Shown here in pieces: positions 1 to 13,718 of a stretch of DNA of 64,000 nucleotides (its first letter is position 1; every line of letters starts with the position of its first letter). The notes below the pieces were generated by a model that saw nothing but the letters and a program-made list of their open reading frames with translations, was not told the DNA's origin and ran no database searches. This stretch comes from Lama glama (Eukaryota): assembly GCA_028534125.1 (NCBI GenBank), contig CM052816.1:81718001-81782000 (forward strand). The letters run 5' to 3'. Made by a program: the position numbers and the translations under genes.

Positions 1-2389
1 GCATTAAAGAGGAAAAGGCTCTGGGATTTTCCTTACAAATGTATAAATTAGGCTTTTCAAAGACAAACAGTAGAACAATTCACAACATGTGTGTGATGGG
101 AGAAGCGAGGAGGAGGGTCCAGCAAACTGAGGAAGGAGAAACTGAGAAGCAGAGAGGTTGGTCTGGACCTTTCCCTGCCTCAGTGCATTAGGGGATCTTG
201 ACTCTGGACATTAAGTTACCCCCAACATTTGTTTGGCCATCATCAAAGGGGACTCCTCTCCCAAACGGTGAGGTCCTAGCCCTGTATGCCAGCACGTGTG
301 TGTGCGCGCGTGTGTGTGTACCTCAAAGTATTCATAAGATTTCCAAGTAGCGGGCCATTAAAATCAGTCAAGCCTACTGACTCCACTCAGTGAATGATTT
401 AGTGGTAAGAGAAGGTCTGTCATCAACAATCGGCTACTGACTACCCTGTGTGCGAGCTACTATAACTGTGCTTGGAAAAACACTCACCCCCTTTGCCTCC
501 CAAAATAATTAACATGTTTTATGGAGTGTCAACCAGCAAATTAGCAGTTAAGCCCACAAGGAGACCACTACCTTGACAACCCAACCCTCTTTTCTCGTTG
601 AGGAAAGCTTCCATGGGCACTATCTGCTCCCTCCAAATCCCCCTGCTCTAATTGGACCACAACAGCCGCACCCCTGGAACCCAGGCTTGGAAACTAGGGT
701 TGTTTCCCTCGGATGTGCCCCCAAACACCCATGTGTGTGTGAGGTTAATCCCACTTCCTCTGCCCTTCAGCCAAGCAGCCTCTAAAAGCTACGTGTGGCC
801 CCCAGGAGGCCAATCCATTTTATTTTTCCTTTAGAAAAATCTTAAAAAAAAAAAACAACATAAAATTGATGGCTGAAACCAAAGAGGAGAAAGTTCTGAA
901 ACAGCACATGTGCCCACACCCCTCTGCCTGTGTGCCGTGGCAATCTCGACTCTGTCCTCCTAACTGGCAGTTCTCTGTACAGCTATACTCAGTTTTCTCA
1001 GAGTCCTGTGGAAAAATCAGCCCCATTGTTCCCAAAGAACAATGCACAGCTGATAATAAGTGCAGTGAGACCAGGGAGGCGGACTCCGCAGATCTCAGGA
1101 ACGGTACTTTTCTGCTGTTAAAATGGTTCTGATTGGGAAAGCTGCCATCTCGGTAGCCATCCTCCATCCTCCCGTCTGCCTCTCCATCTCAAAAAGCAAA
1201 ATGAAACAAAATAGTGAGTGTGGATGAGTGAAAACTGCTCACAGACTCCTGATGTGGTCCCTCCACCAATGCCCCAAGCCCCTCCTCCGGAGACAGTGTC
1301 TCCAGGAAACCAAATTTGCTCCAAGCATTTCTGAGGTGAGAGTCACTTTCCTAACACAATCCCTATTCTGCCACTAGCTCTGCGCTCACCGCACACAATG
1401 TGTGTGTGTGTGTGAGATCTGCTTTGGACTACTGAGAGCCTAGCAAGTCCCTCCTTAAAACATCCACCCTTTAGTGGACTTGTAGGATTTCCAGAATGTA
1501 TCAGTGGTCAGTACACAGAAATCCAAAGTAAGAGTGAGTCCAGCTCATATCAAAGCTTAAAGGACTAGACGCAGAAGGAACACGCCCGCCTAAGCAGTCC
1601 CCAGGCTGCAGCCTGGCATGAAGTCTTGCCCCCTGTAAGTGTTCAGGCGACCCTGGCAGGACCTACTTGATGCATTAGTACCTCTGGACTTGGTGTGGGG
1701 GAGTCACTCGGCCCAAATCCAAGAACTCAACTCCACCCAAGGCACAAGGGCCAGGGATGTGGCAAAGGTCCCGGGACACGGGCCTGAGCTTCACAGCATC
1801 CTTCACAGAAGCAGTTTCCTGCAGGGTGTGCGCTGGTCCCCGGCCAACCCACGTTCTCAGAAGGGTGGAAGGGCAGAGGGAGGAATTTCTCCAGCTGGCA
1901 GACCCTCAAGGCGGGAAGGGAAAGGAAGGGAGTCGGGGCCACGAGCTGGGCGGGCTGGGAGGAAGAAGGCGGGGCAGGGAAGGAAGAGGCCCTCCGGAGG
2001 CACATCCACAAATCTGCGCGACGGCAGATCAAACCAAGCCCAGCCACTGAGCCCCTGCCACCGGCTCTTGGCTCCCATCTTAAGAGTCCCTTTAGCCCAG
2101 AGACGTGCTCTAAACAATCGTGTTGTTAGTTGCTTAAAATATGTATGGATACATTCCTTCTGAATGTTCTTCAAACCATATAGATAAGCCTTAATCTCCT
2201 CCTTAATTCCCCTCTCCTCCTGCAAAATAAACACTGTTTTCTGTTTTGCATCTAGACTTTGTGGATACAGCATTTCCATACTGTCGTATTCATAGAGGCG
2301 AAAAAAATCCGTCTTTCCTTAAATGGCCACATATTGTTCTTACCTTCTACACTGTGCTCTTCTCTCCACTTCACCAAGCATCTCAGAGA

Positions 2390-3030
2390 TCATTTTATCC
2401 TCACAAACAGACCCACTCATTCTTTGAAACCGCCACACAGTATTTTACCATGTGGATTTACAATATTTTATTTACTCAACCTACTGATGCTTAATTTTTC
2501 TTTTCCCACATTTCCAACAGTTCTGGAGTGGATATGTGTTCAAAAACAAGTATCTCGCTAGCATGCAATTCTAGAAATGAAATCAGTGTGTCAAGGAATA
2601 TGTGTGATTTTAATAGATACTGACAAAATCCTGTGACAGGTTTCACCCCCCACTGCTGGGGCGTGGGTACTCCTTTCCCTAACTCCACCCACTTGTGATT
2701 CTGTCATCCTTTTACTTTTTGCCTAAGCCTAATCTTAACCCTGGCATTGTCCAGACTGGACAGTATCACCAAAAAAGAAAAAAAAAAAACAAAAAAACCC
2801 ACTGCTTTAATTTGCATTTTTTTCTGAGAGATTGAGCACTTTGTCTTACGTTTATTGGCCATTTGCATTTTCTCTTCTTTGAGATGCCATTTCATAGCCT
2901 CTGCCCCTTTTTCTTTTGGGTCATTTGCTTCTTTTTCATAAATGGATAGGTTTTTGCATATTCTATCAACCCATTGTCTCTTGTATTTGTTTTCTACATT
3001 TCTCAGTCTCTTAAAAACTTTGCTCATGGC
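2390..3030 (-). mobile_element. Old L1 (L1M-type) ORF2/3' fragment
   Basis: gagattgagcactttgtcttacgtttattggccatttgcattttc...; minus translation ...KMQMANKRKTKCSIS...KMQIK resembles the L1 ORF2 C-terminal region. Confidence 0.7.
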
Positions 3031-3564
3031 ATTTTCCCCCTAAACAAGGCAGTTTCCCATGGACAATATAGTGGCTTCCAAAGTGTTCTTTTCAGCAGTA
3101 GAATCCTTTCTCCAATCCAGGGGAACCCCAAATAACAGTCAAAGCAGAACTGCTCTGGCCGAGGCTGAATGGGCCTCCAAGCTCCCTCCAACCCCTCACC
3201 CCGATTCTGACGGACAAGTTTGAAATCACAGATTCAGTCCACACCCTCATGTAACCGACAAATTCCAGACAAGAGGCACTGAGGGACAGGCTCAAGGCCT
3301 CCTAACAGAAATAAGACCAGAACTGAGGTCTCCATTCTGTTTCTATGAGCCTGCCATCAGTCTTTAAATTACAGAAGGTAAATTAATTCCAATTTGATCA
3401 ACAAAATCCAGCTTTTCAGCATATGATTCATTTAATTTTCTCCTGTCCAAGAAAAAGTCAAAATGCTAATAAAATGAACAGGTAATTTCACTCGAAAATT
3501 CAAATTAAAACAAAACACGTATCATTGCTTTCTAGTCATGCATTTCTATGTTAATTTCCTGTCC

Positions 3565-3676
3565 CTCCCCAAGAGAGCATAACCTCAACGAAAACAGGGA
3601 ATCCTCGTCTGTGCTCTCCTGTGTCTCAAAGACTCGGAAATAGGCCTGTCAAATTATAGGTCTCAATAAATATTTA
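3565..3676 (+). mobile_element. L2 3' end fragment
   Basis: ...aggcctgtcaaattataggtctcaataaatattt resembles the L2 terminus. Confidence 0.5.
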
Positions 3677-5099
3677 CCTTCCAAACCATTACTAGAGCTG
3701 ATCCCATGGGGATCAGGAGGGATTCCATAGGATCCCAGAAAATGATCCCATTTGCTTTTTAAAAACATTTCAGCTGCATTTTATCAATGTAACCTCTGCT
3801 AGAATAGCTCTCCGTTAGCGAGTGGCCTAACAAGAAGGATACAAGAAAGAATAGCGGGGTCTGGATAATCCCAGTGGAATAACTGAGAGCAGCACCACTG
3901 AAAACATATGACCACCCTCCTCCTCGTTCCCTAATTCTTTGGGCTGCTGGTTGTTATGTTCGTGTGTTCTAGGATGTTGGGCACTTGAAGGCCCCTTTGC
4001 AAAAATCTCCCCAGAGATGGAGGCAGCTTGAGTCAGCTGAGTTCCAGGTTGATGTCTTTTTTCTCACCTGCTGAGTGTTAATCGCCCACTGTGGGAACTG
4101 GAGGAGGTTAAGCAACTGTGGGACCCAAGTCAGCTTCCTCCTCTGTAAGGTGCACGCAACTCCAGGCCCTGCATCTCGTGCATTCTCAGAGGCTCAGTGT
4201 CAAAGCATGCACGTTGCTCAGCCGAATGCCACACACGTGGAGTCACTGGGGTTTATCTTATCAGTTAAGATGGTCTGCAGAGCTGTCAACTTTTAGGAGG
4301 GGTTTTTGTACGCCCAGGGGAGTGGACAGAGTTGGACTAAATACTGTTAAATATGAGGACACAAGACAAGATGGGCCAGCGTTATAACAAATTCACTACT
4401 GAGAGAACAACACTCATTTACAGAGCAAGTCAAATCCAGTCATCGCGGTGAATATTAGGCGGAGGTCTTAGAACTCCTGGACGGATCGCAGAGGGAAAGG
4501 TTGATGGAGAGGCTTCAGGTAAATGCCAACCTGCTGGTTAGAGACCCCAACCTGAACCAAAGCCGGAAGGCCACCTTCTATTCTGTGTCTGAGCTTGCAG
4601 GAGCTCGTGTTTACTCCACTTGGCTGCAGGGGCATTTACAGCTTCCATTTGCTCCCCAGCAATCACAAAGAATGTGTTCTGGCCCAGGCCCACTCCTCTA
4701 GGGAACAATAACCATTTCATACATTGGTATTTAGTTACAAGGCTATGAATGCCCTACAGCCAATCAAAACAGGGTTCTTACAGATCTGATTTTTGATTTT
4801 TGCAGATGAGGATACTGGCCAAGCCACTTTGGACAAGCAAAAAAGAGAAAATGTTCTGTTCATAGAATTTTGAACGTGCTAGCTCCCTATCCATTGATAG
4901 AAATGTTTCTTGAAGCAGTGATGACAGGCATGGTAGAGCAGAATGTTGACACAGGCAATTCACATGTTGTAGAATTCTGATACATCCTAAAAGATGTAAA
5001 TAATAACAGAAAAATCTGTGTCTTCAAATTGGCCAAGGCAGGACAAACCCTCATGCATTTCAGTATAAAGCATAAACAAAAATGCTATCATTACTCTAG

Positions 5100-5196
5100 T
5101 TACTTATTTATTTATTTTAGCAGAGGTACTGAGGATTGAAACGAGGACCTCATGCATGCTAGGCATGTGCTCTACCACTGAGCTCTACCCTCCCCC
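5100..5196 (-). mobile_element. tRNA-Ala-derived SINE (camelid vic-1-like)
   Basis: Reverse complement GGGGGAGGGTAGAGCTCAGTGGTAGAGCACATGCCTAGCATGCATGAGGTCCTCGTTTCAATCCTCAGTACCTC plus (TAAA)n tail; A and B boxes; similar to the copy at 40822. Confidence 0.85.
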
Positions 5197-5429
5197 AGCT
5201 TTGGTCTTTTAAAGCCAGGTATTGCTGGAGAAAGTGTGGGTAGTCTCAGAAGCCCATCTTAAGCAGAACTGAAATCAGATCTAGAGATTGAATCACACAC
5301 AGAGCAGTTTGGTCATTGAAGGCACCTTTCTCTTCATCTCAGAAAAAAAAAATTTCCCTTTATTTAACAAAGATCCTGAAGATAAAGAGAAATGTTAAGC
5401 AGAAAAGCATTTAAAAAATCTGCTTTGAA

Positions 5430-5686
5430 CAGAAACAGACTCAGACATAGAGAACAGACTTATGGTTGCCAAGGGGTAAAGGGGGTGGGAAGGGATAAAT
5501 CGGGAATTCAAAAGTTGCACCTCTTGGGGAGTGATGGAAATGTTAGGTATCTTGATTGTGGTGGTGGTTTCATAGGTGTACACATCTATCAAAATTCATC
5601 AAATTGTACATCTGAAATATGTATAGTTACAGTACAAAAATTATACCACAATAAAGTTGTTTTAAAAATTCAAAAAAGAAAAAAGA
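5430..5686 (+). mobile_element. 5'-truncated L1 3' end (apparently chimeric) with 17-bp TSD
   Basis: TSD aaaaaatctgctttgaa at 5413-5429 and 5687-5703; TT/AAAA target; AATAAA and A-rich tail. Confidence 0.88.
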
Positions 5687-6919
5687 AAAAAATCTGCTTT
5701 GAAAAGAAAAAAATCCCCAATCGTTACAGCTCTCTGAATGTTGCCCAAACTAGAAGAAAAGGGAAAGAGATGACAATTGAAATGGGCCATGAAACCCCCC
5801 ACATGTTGACAAAATAAGTTTGTTGAAATTGATTTGACTATCCTTAACAACACGGGGCGCTCTTCCTGTCCTGATAAGAGACCCAGGAAAAAGCTTTCAG
5901 AAAAACTAGAGTTCCTTTCAATCCCAGCCTCTGTTCTCTGAAAGACAGAGTGCAAGACAACTTGCTGGGTCATACTTGAGGAGAAATTTCAATTCTTAAC
6001 ATCTACCTGAGCACTAACGGACAGGGCTTCAAATATAAATGGGTGGGCGCTCCCAGTGCATGACCATGTAGATGTCGTGGTCCAGCTGCCATCCACCTTC
6101 CTTACTGCCCAGCACCCTGTGTATTCAGTCACGGGCGGCCAACAGTGGGGTGTGCAATAGTGGGTACTTAAACACAGGATTAGCCATCTTCTACCGAATT
6201 CCAAAATAAGCTGAGGCCACTCAACCACTAAAGGCCCAGAAAGCTTACAGCAAGCTATGCCATTCTGGGTCTTGAGATTGTGTTCTTCTGAGGGTCAGGA
6301 AAAGAGAACGGGGCTTGCAAGCAAAATCCTAGGAAGCCCAGATGGGTGATGGGGACACAGAAGGGATGGGGCTCTTTGTTCGGGACCACGGACACAGGCC
6401 ACTGTGGGAGGCATGGGCCAGAGAGCACTTCCTGCCGATGGAGAAAGGGCCCAGAGGCGCTCTCCCAGGTGCCTGGACTTGTTACCAACTGACAGTCTGA
6501 ACCGGTGAGGTTCTGGGATGCTCGCTGGCATTATGAATCCCAAGCACAATATCTTTTCCCCTGTCTCAAAACACGAAGTGCAAACCACGTCAAATCTCTA
6601 GATTCTAGTTCGCCCCTCTTAGGACACTAGGGCTGGAGCCCTAGGCAACAGCTTCATGAACAAAAACAGGCCTCTCAGCAAAGTCTGTGAAGCAAATTTC
6701 TGTGAAACAACTTGCCTTTTGACCTGCATTAGGACACTAGGCATGATCTTACTGGAAGCGATATGATTACAACAAGCACAGCTCTTCAGATTCTGAGAGA
6801 GAAAAGGTCAGCTTGGGGATAAAGCACTAGGAAGTCTAAACTAATAACAGTCCTGTGCTACACAGCAGAAAGATTCCAAAATACCTAAAGTTTAAAAATG
6901 CAGTCAGGATATCCTAATA

Positions 6920-7102
6920 GTTAATAGTTATTGAAAGCTTAAACTGGGCCAGGTTCATGCAATAACTCATTGTTGTCTCACAACCCCCATGAGTAGATAT
7001 TACTGTTACCTCCATGTTAAAGAAATGTGAGGGGCACAGACAGCTTCCAAGGACATTCAGATGTGATAAGATAGGAACCCAGGCAGTCTGGCATCAGAAC
7101 TC
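6920..7102 (-). mobile_element. MIR SINE
   Basis: ...tctcacaacccccatgagtagatattactgttacctccatgtta...gaacccaggcagtctggcatcaga: MIR core. Confidence 0.7.
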
Positions 7103-7379
7103 AGTGGTCTGAAAAGCTGCATCAACTACACATTGAGATGTAGCAAGAATTGAATCTGAAACCACACCTGGTAGCCACCCAGAACTGGTGCCCCATGGTT
7201 TGTTTTCACCTTTATGTCCCTTGGTGCACAGCTCACATCCAGAGTCAAGGCTCTTTGCACTACAATGTGCTCAGAAAACCTTGTGTAATTATGGACAACA
7301 GTGTAATTATAAAGTATATAGTTCAAAATGGCAGCAAAGACCTGCAGTCAGTTTTTTTATATTTAATTATCAAAACCAA

Positions 7380-8490
7380 CCTTCAAACAATTAGAATTGA
7401 TAGGAGGATTGCTAGATTGCTAGAAACAAAAATCCAAATTCAAAGATCAATAGCATTCCTTTATACCTCTGTAACTACATAGAGACTATAAGAAGAAAGA
7501 ATTGACTTTGATAATAAACCAAACTATAAAGTAGATAGGGATAAATCTATAAAGCAACTTTACTAAGAAATTATAAAGCTTCAATGACATACATAAAGAA
7601 AGATTTGGATTAATGGAGTGATAAACCTTGCTGTTGAAGAGAGAAAGCCATTTAAAAGATGTCAGTATTTCCCAAGTAATCAAATTCAGTGAAATTCCAA
7701 AAAGACCTCAACAAGAATTTTTAGGAAACTTGAAAAATAGTTTAATATTTATATGGGAGAGTACAGGACAAAAGGAATACAAAGAGGGTAGATGACATTA
7801 TCAGATATTAAAACACATGAGAAAATGACAGTAATTAAAACAGTGTGATACTGATGCTGAAACAGACAAATTATCAGACTGGAATAAAGAGTCCTGAAAC
7901 TGATCTATATATTTTTAAGGACTATATGATATATGTGGAGCAAGGGTATGCTAATCACTGTGCCCAATTTATAAACCATTTGAAGTTTATTTTTAATTTA
8001 TCTTCAATTTGTTTCTCTTTTTAGATGGAAGTAAAGATCAAATTATGTATTTTCAATACGAAAGCCAAAAGAAGTAAACCTAGATATGGAAAATTACTTG
8101 GAAAAAAATATATAGGAGAGGTAAAGAATTTTCTTAAAACAGAGAAGTCAGTTAAAAGATATAATTCCATTAACAAGGCCAGATCTCAAAAAAGAAAAAA
8201 AAATGGAGTATAAAAAGCAAGATGCAATATGATACCATTTATGTCAATTAAAAAACACATAAAGACAATATGTAATCTATAAATTTAGTATTTAAACATC
8301 TAAAAGTTAGTATGGAAGGAGATGCAGTGGAATAAGATGGGGGGGACTTAAGCTATGAATAATTTTTTTTGTTTTCAAAAAAGCTTTAGAACCAAATATG
8401 ACAAAACACTAAAAAAAATTAAATCTGAGTGGCAAGAATATGGATGTTTGCTAGATTATTTTTGCATTTTCTATATCTTTAAACTTTGTC
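7380..8490 (+). mobile_element. Old L1 (L1ME-like) ORF2 and 3' fragments
   Basis: A-rich; caaattcaaagatcaatagcattcctttatacc and cagtaattaaaacagtgtgatactg are typical of L1 ORF2. Confidence 0.75.
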
Positions 8491-8649
8491 AAGAAAGAAC
8501 TCTCAGAACTCAAATGCTAAATCTAGAGCTTCTTTGTTAACCTCTGTATCGACCCACAGAGTATTTTTTGATTATCTATAGTCTTGTTCTCACTTCAAAA
8601 TGCAGACTATAAATATGGCAGACAAATAAAGGCAGTTATCAATCCCAAC

Positions 8650-9056
8650 TGTGATGCTTAATTTTATATGTCAACTTGCTGGGCTAAGGTGCCCAGATGT
8701 TTGATCAAACACTAGTCTAGATGTTGCTGTGAAGGTATGTTTTTACATGTGATTAATATTTAAATCAGGGGACTTTCCCTGAAGATTACGCTCCATAATC
8801 TGGTGGGCCTTATCTAATCAGTTGAAGGCCGCCTGAGACAAGAGATTGACGTTTCCAGAAGGAGAAGGAATTATCCTCAAGACTGCAACATAGAAACTCT
8901 GACTGAATTTCCAATCTGCTGGCTCATCCAACAGAGTTTGAACTTGCCAATCCCCACAATTGCATGAACCAATTTCTTAAAATAAATCCCTCTCCCTGCT
9001 CCCCTCCCCATATCTACTCTCCATTCTGTTTCTCTGGAATATCCTGACTAATATCA
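8650..9056 (+). mobile_element. MLT2-type (ERVL) solo LTR
   Basis: Starts tgtgatgcttaattttatatgtcaactt; ends ttctgtttctctggaatatcctgactaata. Confidence 0.85.
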
Positions 9057-11380
9057 ACATTGCATGTTTAAGGGGCAGCCATGGTTTCTCAACAACCAAA
9101 ACGGTACACAATATTTGTAACATCCCAAAGGGTAGGAAACCATGCTTTAGGGGAGGGAGGGGGCAATGACAAGCCATTTGATGTTGACATATTGGGACTA
9201 AACACATCTTGTGTTTATTTTCTGGGAAAATATATCTCATGAGAAGATAAAGTCCTTCGGTAAGGTGGCTGCTTGTTGGAGGTGTGACTTTTCCGACTTG
9301 AAATATGCCCACTGGCCTGTGATTACTCGTTGGCCAGATGCTCTGTGGGGAGGACACATGTCCACACTCCTATGTGGAAGATGAAGAGGTCTGACCTTTC
9401 TGTACCTGTGATTTTTTTCCTGAGGGGAGTTCTCCTTGACTATTTCACCAAAACCACGAGTTGACAGGCTGCCCGGGATTGACTGCTCTCTGAAGACTAC
9501 TTCTCCGTGGACAGGCCCTCTGCTTTGTTCACACTGTTATCAACACATCCAGTGCTCCAGCTTCACACAACAGCCTCCACTCCTCCAGACCCTACACAGG
9601 TCTGGGGATAAGGCTATGAGGACCCCTAGATATAACTTAGTATCCCTATGGCTCAGTTTAGATCTCTTACTGATTTTAGAGAAAATATTTTTGATCCCCT
9701 AATGTTCTCCATTTCTTTCACTCTATTTTGGTTTGGCACTTGCAAATCAAGCAAGTTCAATTAAGAAACAAGAACGGAGTTACTAAAGCAATAATTCAAG
9801 GTGACAATAATATGTGTTATAAAAAATACGTCTTGACATCAATTTGCATTTCCTATAGAGTTAGAGGTGAATAAAGGACATCTCAGCTGGATCGTGAGGT
9901 CCACCCAAATATATATGTGATTCCCCTACTGTCCCAATCAGAAGACAGCTGGAAAAATTAAGGGGCAATTTTGGTGAGATACATGTAAACGAAAGAATCT
10001 GTATCATTAGATGCAAATATCTAAGATATTAAAAATGTACATTTAAAATATTTACTGTAAGCTATTTCAGATATTAATATAGCAATATACATACTTGTAT
10101 GTGCATGAATATCATATATACAAATACTATGTAAACAGCATAAGTTAATGCTAATTTAGAAGTATTTCTGGTTTCCTCCCATCCCTGATTCTCACACATT
10201 AGGAAAACATTTATTCAGTCTTTTACACCCGTGCCTGTGATTATGGCTACATTTTGAGTTTTCCGGACCATATCCTCTTCACTTCCATTTCAGTTATTTG
10301 GATAAGGTTCTCAACTTGTTCCATTTTTAAATGATCTTTAAAAGTCTTGTTTACAGAGAAATCCAACACTTGTTACTGTGAGGTCAGATGCCCAGGAATA
10401 TTACTAGATTCTTTTTTAACCTTTTTCTTTTTTAATATGATTCCCTCAGTCGACCTCTATAAGCATCCAGCATGGATGAAGGTCATTTCAGGCTAATGTG
10501 CGTTCCCTAAATAACACTTTGATGTTCAAAATAAAATAATTGTGAGATCTTTCCACAGCATGAGAGAATTTGTAAAGACTTCAATATAAGGCAATTCCCT
10601 CATTTCTGATGATAATCTTTTTTGTGGGGAGGGTGGGGACAAGTCCCATGCCTTATATTTGATTTGGGCTTAACGCGGTCAATCCTGTAACTTTGTTTCC
10701 CTCACTCTCCCCCATCTGCCTTTCTCCTCAGCAGGCAGCCTCGGCAACGTGGTACAGAATCATAGTGAACTTTCTCTGGGTAGAGTTGGGGTCGAGTCTA
10801 GGAGAACCCAAAAGGTGGGGCCCAGAGGACCCAGACACAGGTGCCCGTCCTCAGGACAGATGAACGCTGACACACCAGCCAGCAGGAGGCCATTACCTTT
10901 CTGTCTTGTCTGTCTTCTTCTTCTAAAAATAATTTATGCAGCTGCAGTGGGATGCCATTAAGAGGGGCAGGAGAGAACCTACCACAGGAAGACTCCTGGG
11001 CAGCTGTGTGACCGTGAGTCCCCCCAGATCCCACCAATGCCTTCTGAAGGGGGCAAGACCCGCCCTCTCTGTGCCCCCAGGTACCCCAGCAGCAAGACTC
11101 TGAGCTCAGCCCCAGCACTGCTAAGGGCGTTACCAACAGCAAAGTGAGCCAGACAGGCCTGTGTGGGAGAGAGAGAATTTTCTGGAACATTCTGAAGAAA
11201 GGTTCCGCTTCCCTGAGCCCCCACCTATTACTACTTACTTCAGTGACTAAAGTGAAAAGAAACGATGGCTGACCCGCCAAACTGTACCAGGTGCTTGCGG
11301 CAGCCATTACATTTCAGCTGGAAGGAGAGGGGTGGGGCAGAAGGGAAGAAGAAGAGAGAGATGAAAATACGTATCAACAG

Positions 11381-12345
11381 TGTGATACTGTGATTTATAG
11401 TAAGAAATAAACATTTGGTCTTTGTCTACTGTTCCTGGCACAGCACTCCTAAAACCCTTGTGATTCTTTACATAAGTCGTGGGGACATCTTTCCTTATAA
11501 TATTTAGTTTCTGAAATAGCTCCAGAGAAATAAGGCTGAAATGGACTTTGCTTTTTTTTTTTTTTAACAAGTTCCTTTCATTCACATCTGAGTTGATGAT
11601 ACTGTGGTGACTTCTGGAAAATTCTTAAAGGATGGAGGGTGGTTGCTGGGGAGGGGAGGGGAGGGAGACCCAGGCACAGAGAGTTGGGACTTTCAATCTC
11701 ACCCCCTCGACCTCTGGGGAAGGGAGACAAGCTGAAGATCGTGCTCAGTCATCAATGGCCAGTGATGTAATCCACTGCACCTGTGGAACGAGGCCTACAT
11801 AGAAACCTAGAAGGATGAGTTCGTGGAGCGTTTGGGCCGGTGAGCACATTTCCCCCCTGCCCTGCCCTAGGCATCTCCCTCCTGACTGTTCCTGAGATGC
11901 ATCCTCTTATAACAAACCAGTAACCTAGTAAATAAACTGTTACCACTGGGTTCCCTGAGCTGCTCTAGCACATGAATCAAACCTGATGATTCATTAACCC
12001 AGTTAACAGGCAGGGTTGTGAGGATCTATTCACAGCCGGCTGGTCAGAAGCATAGGTGACCACCTGGACTTTCGATTGGCATCTTAAGTCTGTGTAGTCA
12101 GGGGTGGGGGTGGTCTTGTGGGACTGAGCCCTTAAACTGGGATGTAAAGCCACCTCCAGGGAGACAGCATCCAGACTGGATTGCACTGGAAGATACCCAC
12201 CAATTCTGGAGTCCCAGAATTGTTTGGGGTGGGGAAACCTCCCCAACATACACATTTGGTGACCAAAAGTGTCAGACGTGAAAGAGTATTCAGAGAGTAC
12301 TGTGTATAACATAACTGAAGACAAGAAATAGAGTTTTTCTTCACA
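11381..12345 (+). mobile_element. MER21-like solo LTR
   Basis: TG...CA termini (tgtgatactgtgatttatagtaagaaat ... tttttcttcaca); 4-bp TSD acag at 11377-11380 and 12346-12349. Confidence 0.82.
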
Positions 12346-12724
12346 ACAGGGACAGAGTCACAAAAGAGAGGAAACCCCGAGTGGCAGGAACTGAGGGAGT
12401 GTTGTTGGAATTTGGCTGGATTCAGAAAAGCGACCTCCAGGGCCACTGATCAAGTCTACATTCTCACTCATAGACTTGGATGGGTTTTGTCCTAAAGTAA
12501 CACACAGACCCAGCATTTTCAGAAGTTTGATAATTATGACAAGAAAGATGGGCATTTGCCTCATTCTCCTTGGGTTTTTCTCCATTAAAAAATTGACCTT
12601 TAAACCAAGCCTCATTTTATGACGAGGGAACGACTCAGGAAAGTGAAGAGGTAACAGCTGAGAAAGCACATGCAGAAGGGAGAAGCAGCAAAACCAGCTT
12701 CAGGGGCCCAGAGCTACCGTTCAC

Positions 12725-13112
12725 TAAGGGCTTACGTGCCCGGCGCGGAGATGAGGTACCTCCATCCTTAACAGCAACTCTATGAGGTAGCAACACACAT
12801 TATCCCCACTTTACAGTTGAGAAAACCAAGGCAGAGAACCCAGCTAACTTTCCCCAGAGTCACTGAGCAAGAAAGCACATCAGCTGGGTTTGGAATGTCA
12901 CTACTTCCCTGACAAGGTTTACTTTGGAGTCAGAATGGTGGGGGTAATATATCACCTCACCCTACCTATGTACTTCTGGGTATCTAACAGCCCTCTGAGC
13001 CTCAGTTTCCAGATCTACAAAGTGGGCATAACACTTAGCTCTCTGGATGTGAGATCTTCTAGTTAAGGCTGTCAGGACAAAGCCTGACAAATAGCAGGCT
13101 CTCAGTAAAGAT
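12725..13112. mobile_element. Two adjacent MIR fragments in opposite orientations
   Basis: attatccccactttacagttgagaaaaccaaggcagaga (minus), then ctctgagcctcagtttccagatctacaaagtggg (plus). Confidence 0.7.
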
Positions 13113-13675
13113 ACCATCTCCCCACTTCTCTTTCCCTAATCTTCCCGAACCTACATCTTACAGGTAAGGGGCAGCAATTTATCAGCCTCCAGCTGACTTG
13201 CACATATGAAAAAATGTAACAGAGAAAGGAACACTAATTACTGACATTCATCTTATCACACGCAGACCTAGGCCACCCTGCTTTGTTTCTGTTCGCTAAG
13301 GAAAGACTTTTCCTTCTCCATCTTAAACCAACTTTAAGCTGGGATTCAGAGGAGCCAAAGGGTTTCGGTTCTGCAGGGAACAACTTATCCTCTGGCCCCG
13401 GGGCTAAACAGACTCGCGAAGGGCCATCATCACAGGAGCAGTGCCCACTGGCGAACGCCCCACAGGAGCAGCCCTGCAGGCAGCGGGGCCGACTTGAATC
13501 TGGCTGCAGTAACCTCAGAGCTTACAACTCGCTTCCCCAGCCCAGCCCCAACACCTCATACACCCACATAAAACGCGGCTCCAGAATTTAAAGCTGCTGA
13601 AGGGAGATGGCCAAGAGTGACTGTGGGTTGATCCAAGTATTCCCCCCGCTGTCTACACATGGGGCCAAGGTTGGA

Positions 13676-13718
13676 GCCTGGGTTAGAATCTACCGCCTGG
13701 GTTAGAATCCACCGCCTG
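13676..13718. repeat. 19-bp tandem duplication (~2.3 copies)
   Basis: gcctgggttagaatctacc / gcctgggttagaatccacc / gcctg. Confidence 0.9.

Noticed and set aside
1639..2163. 174-aa ORF and other 60-170 aa intronic ORFs
   Set aside because: Mostly non-ATG starts, low-complexity or repeat-derived, with no recognisable homology or exon structure.
3698..3736. Two adjacent mini-hairpins (ctgatccc/gggatcag and gggattc/ggatccc)
   Set aside because: Stems of 7-8 bp are too short to separate from chance.
13676..13718. Direct repeats as a CRISPR-like array
   Set aside because: Head-to-tail duplication without spacers, in mammalian DNA.
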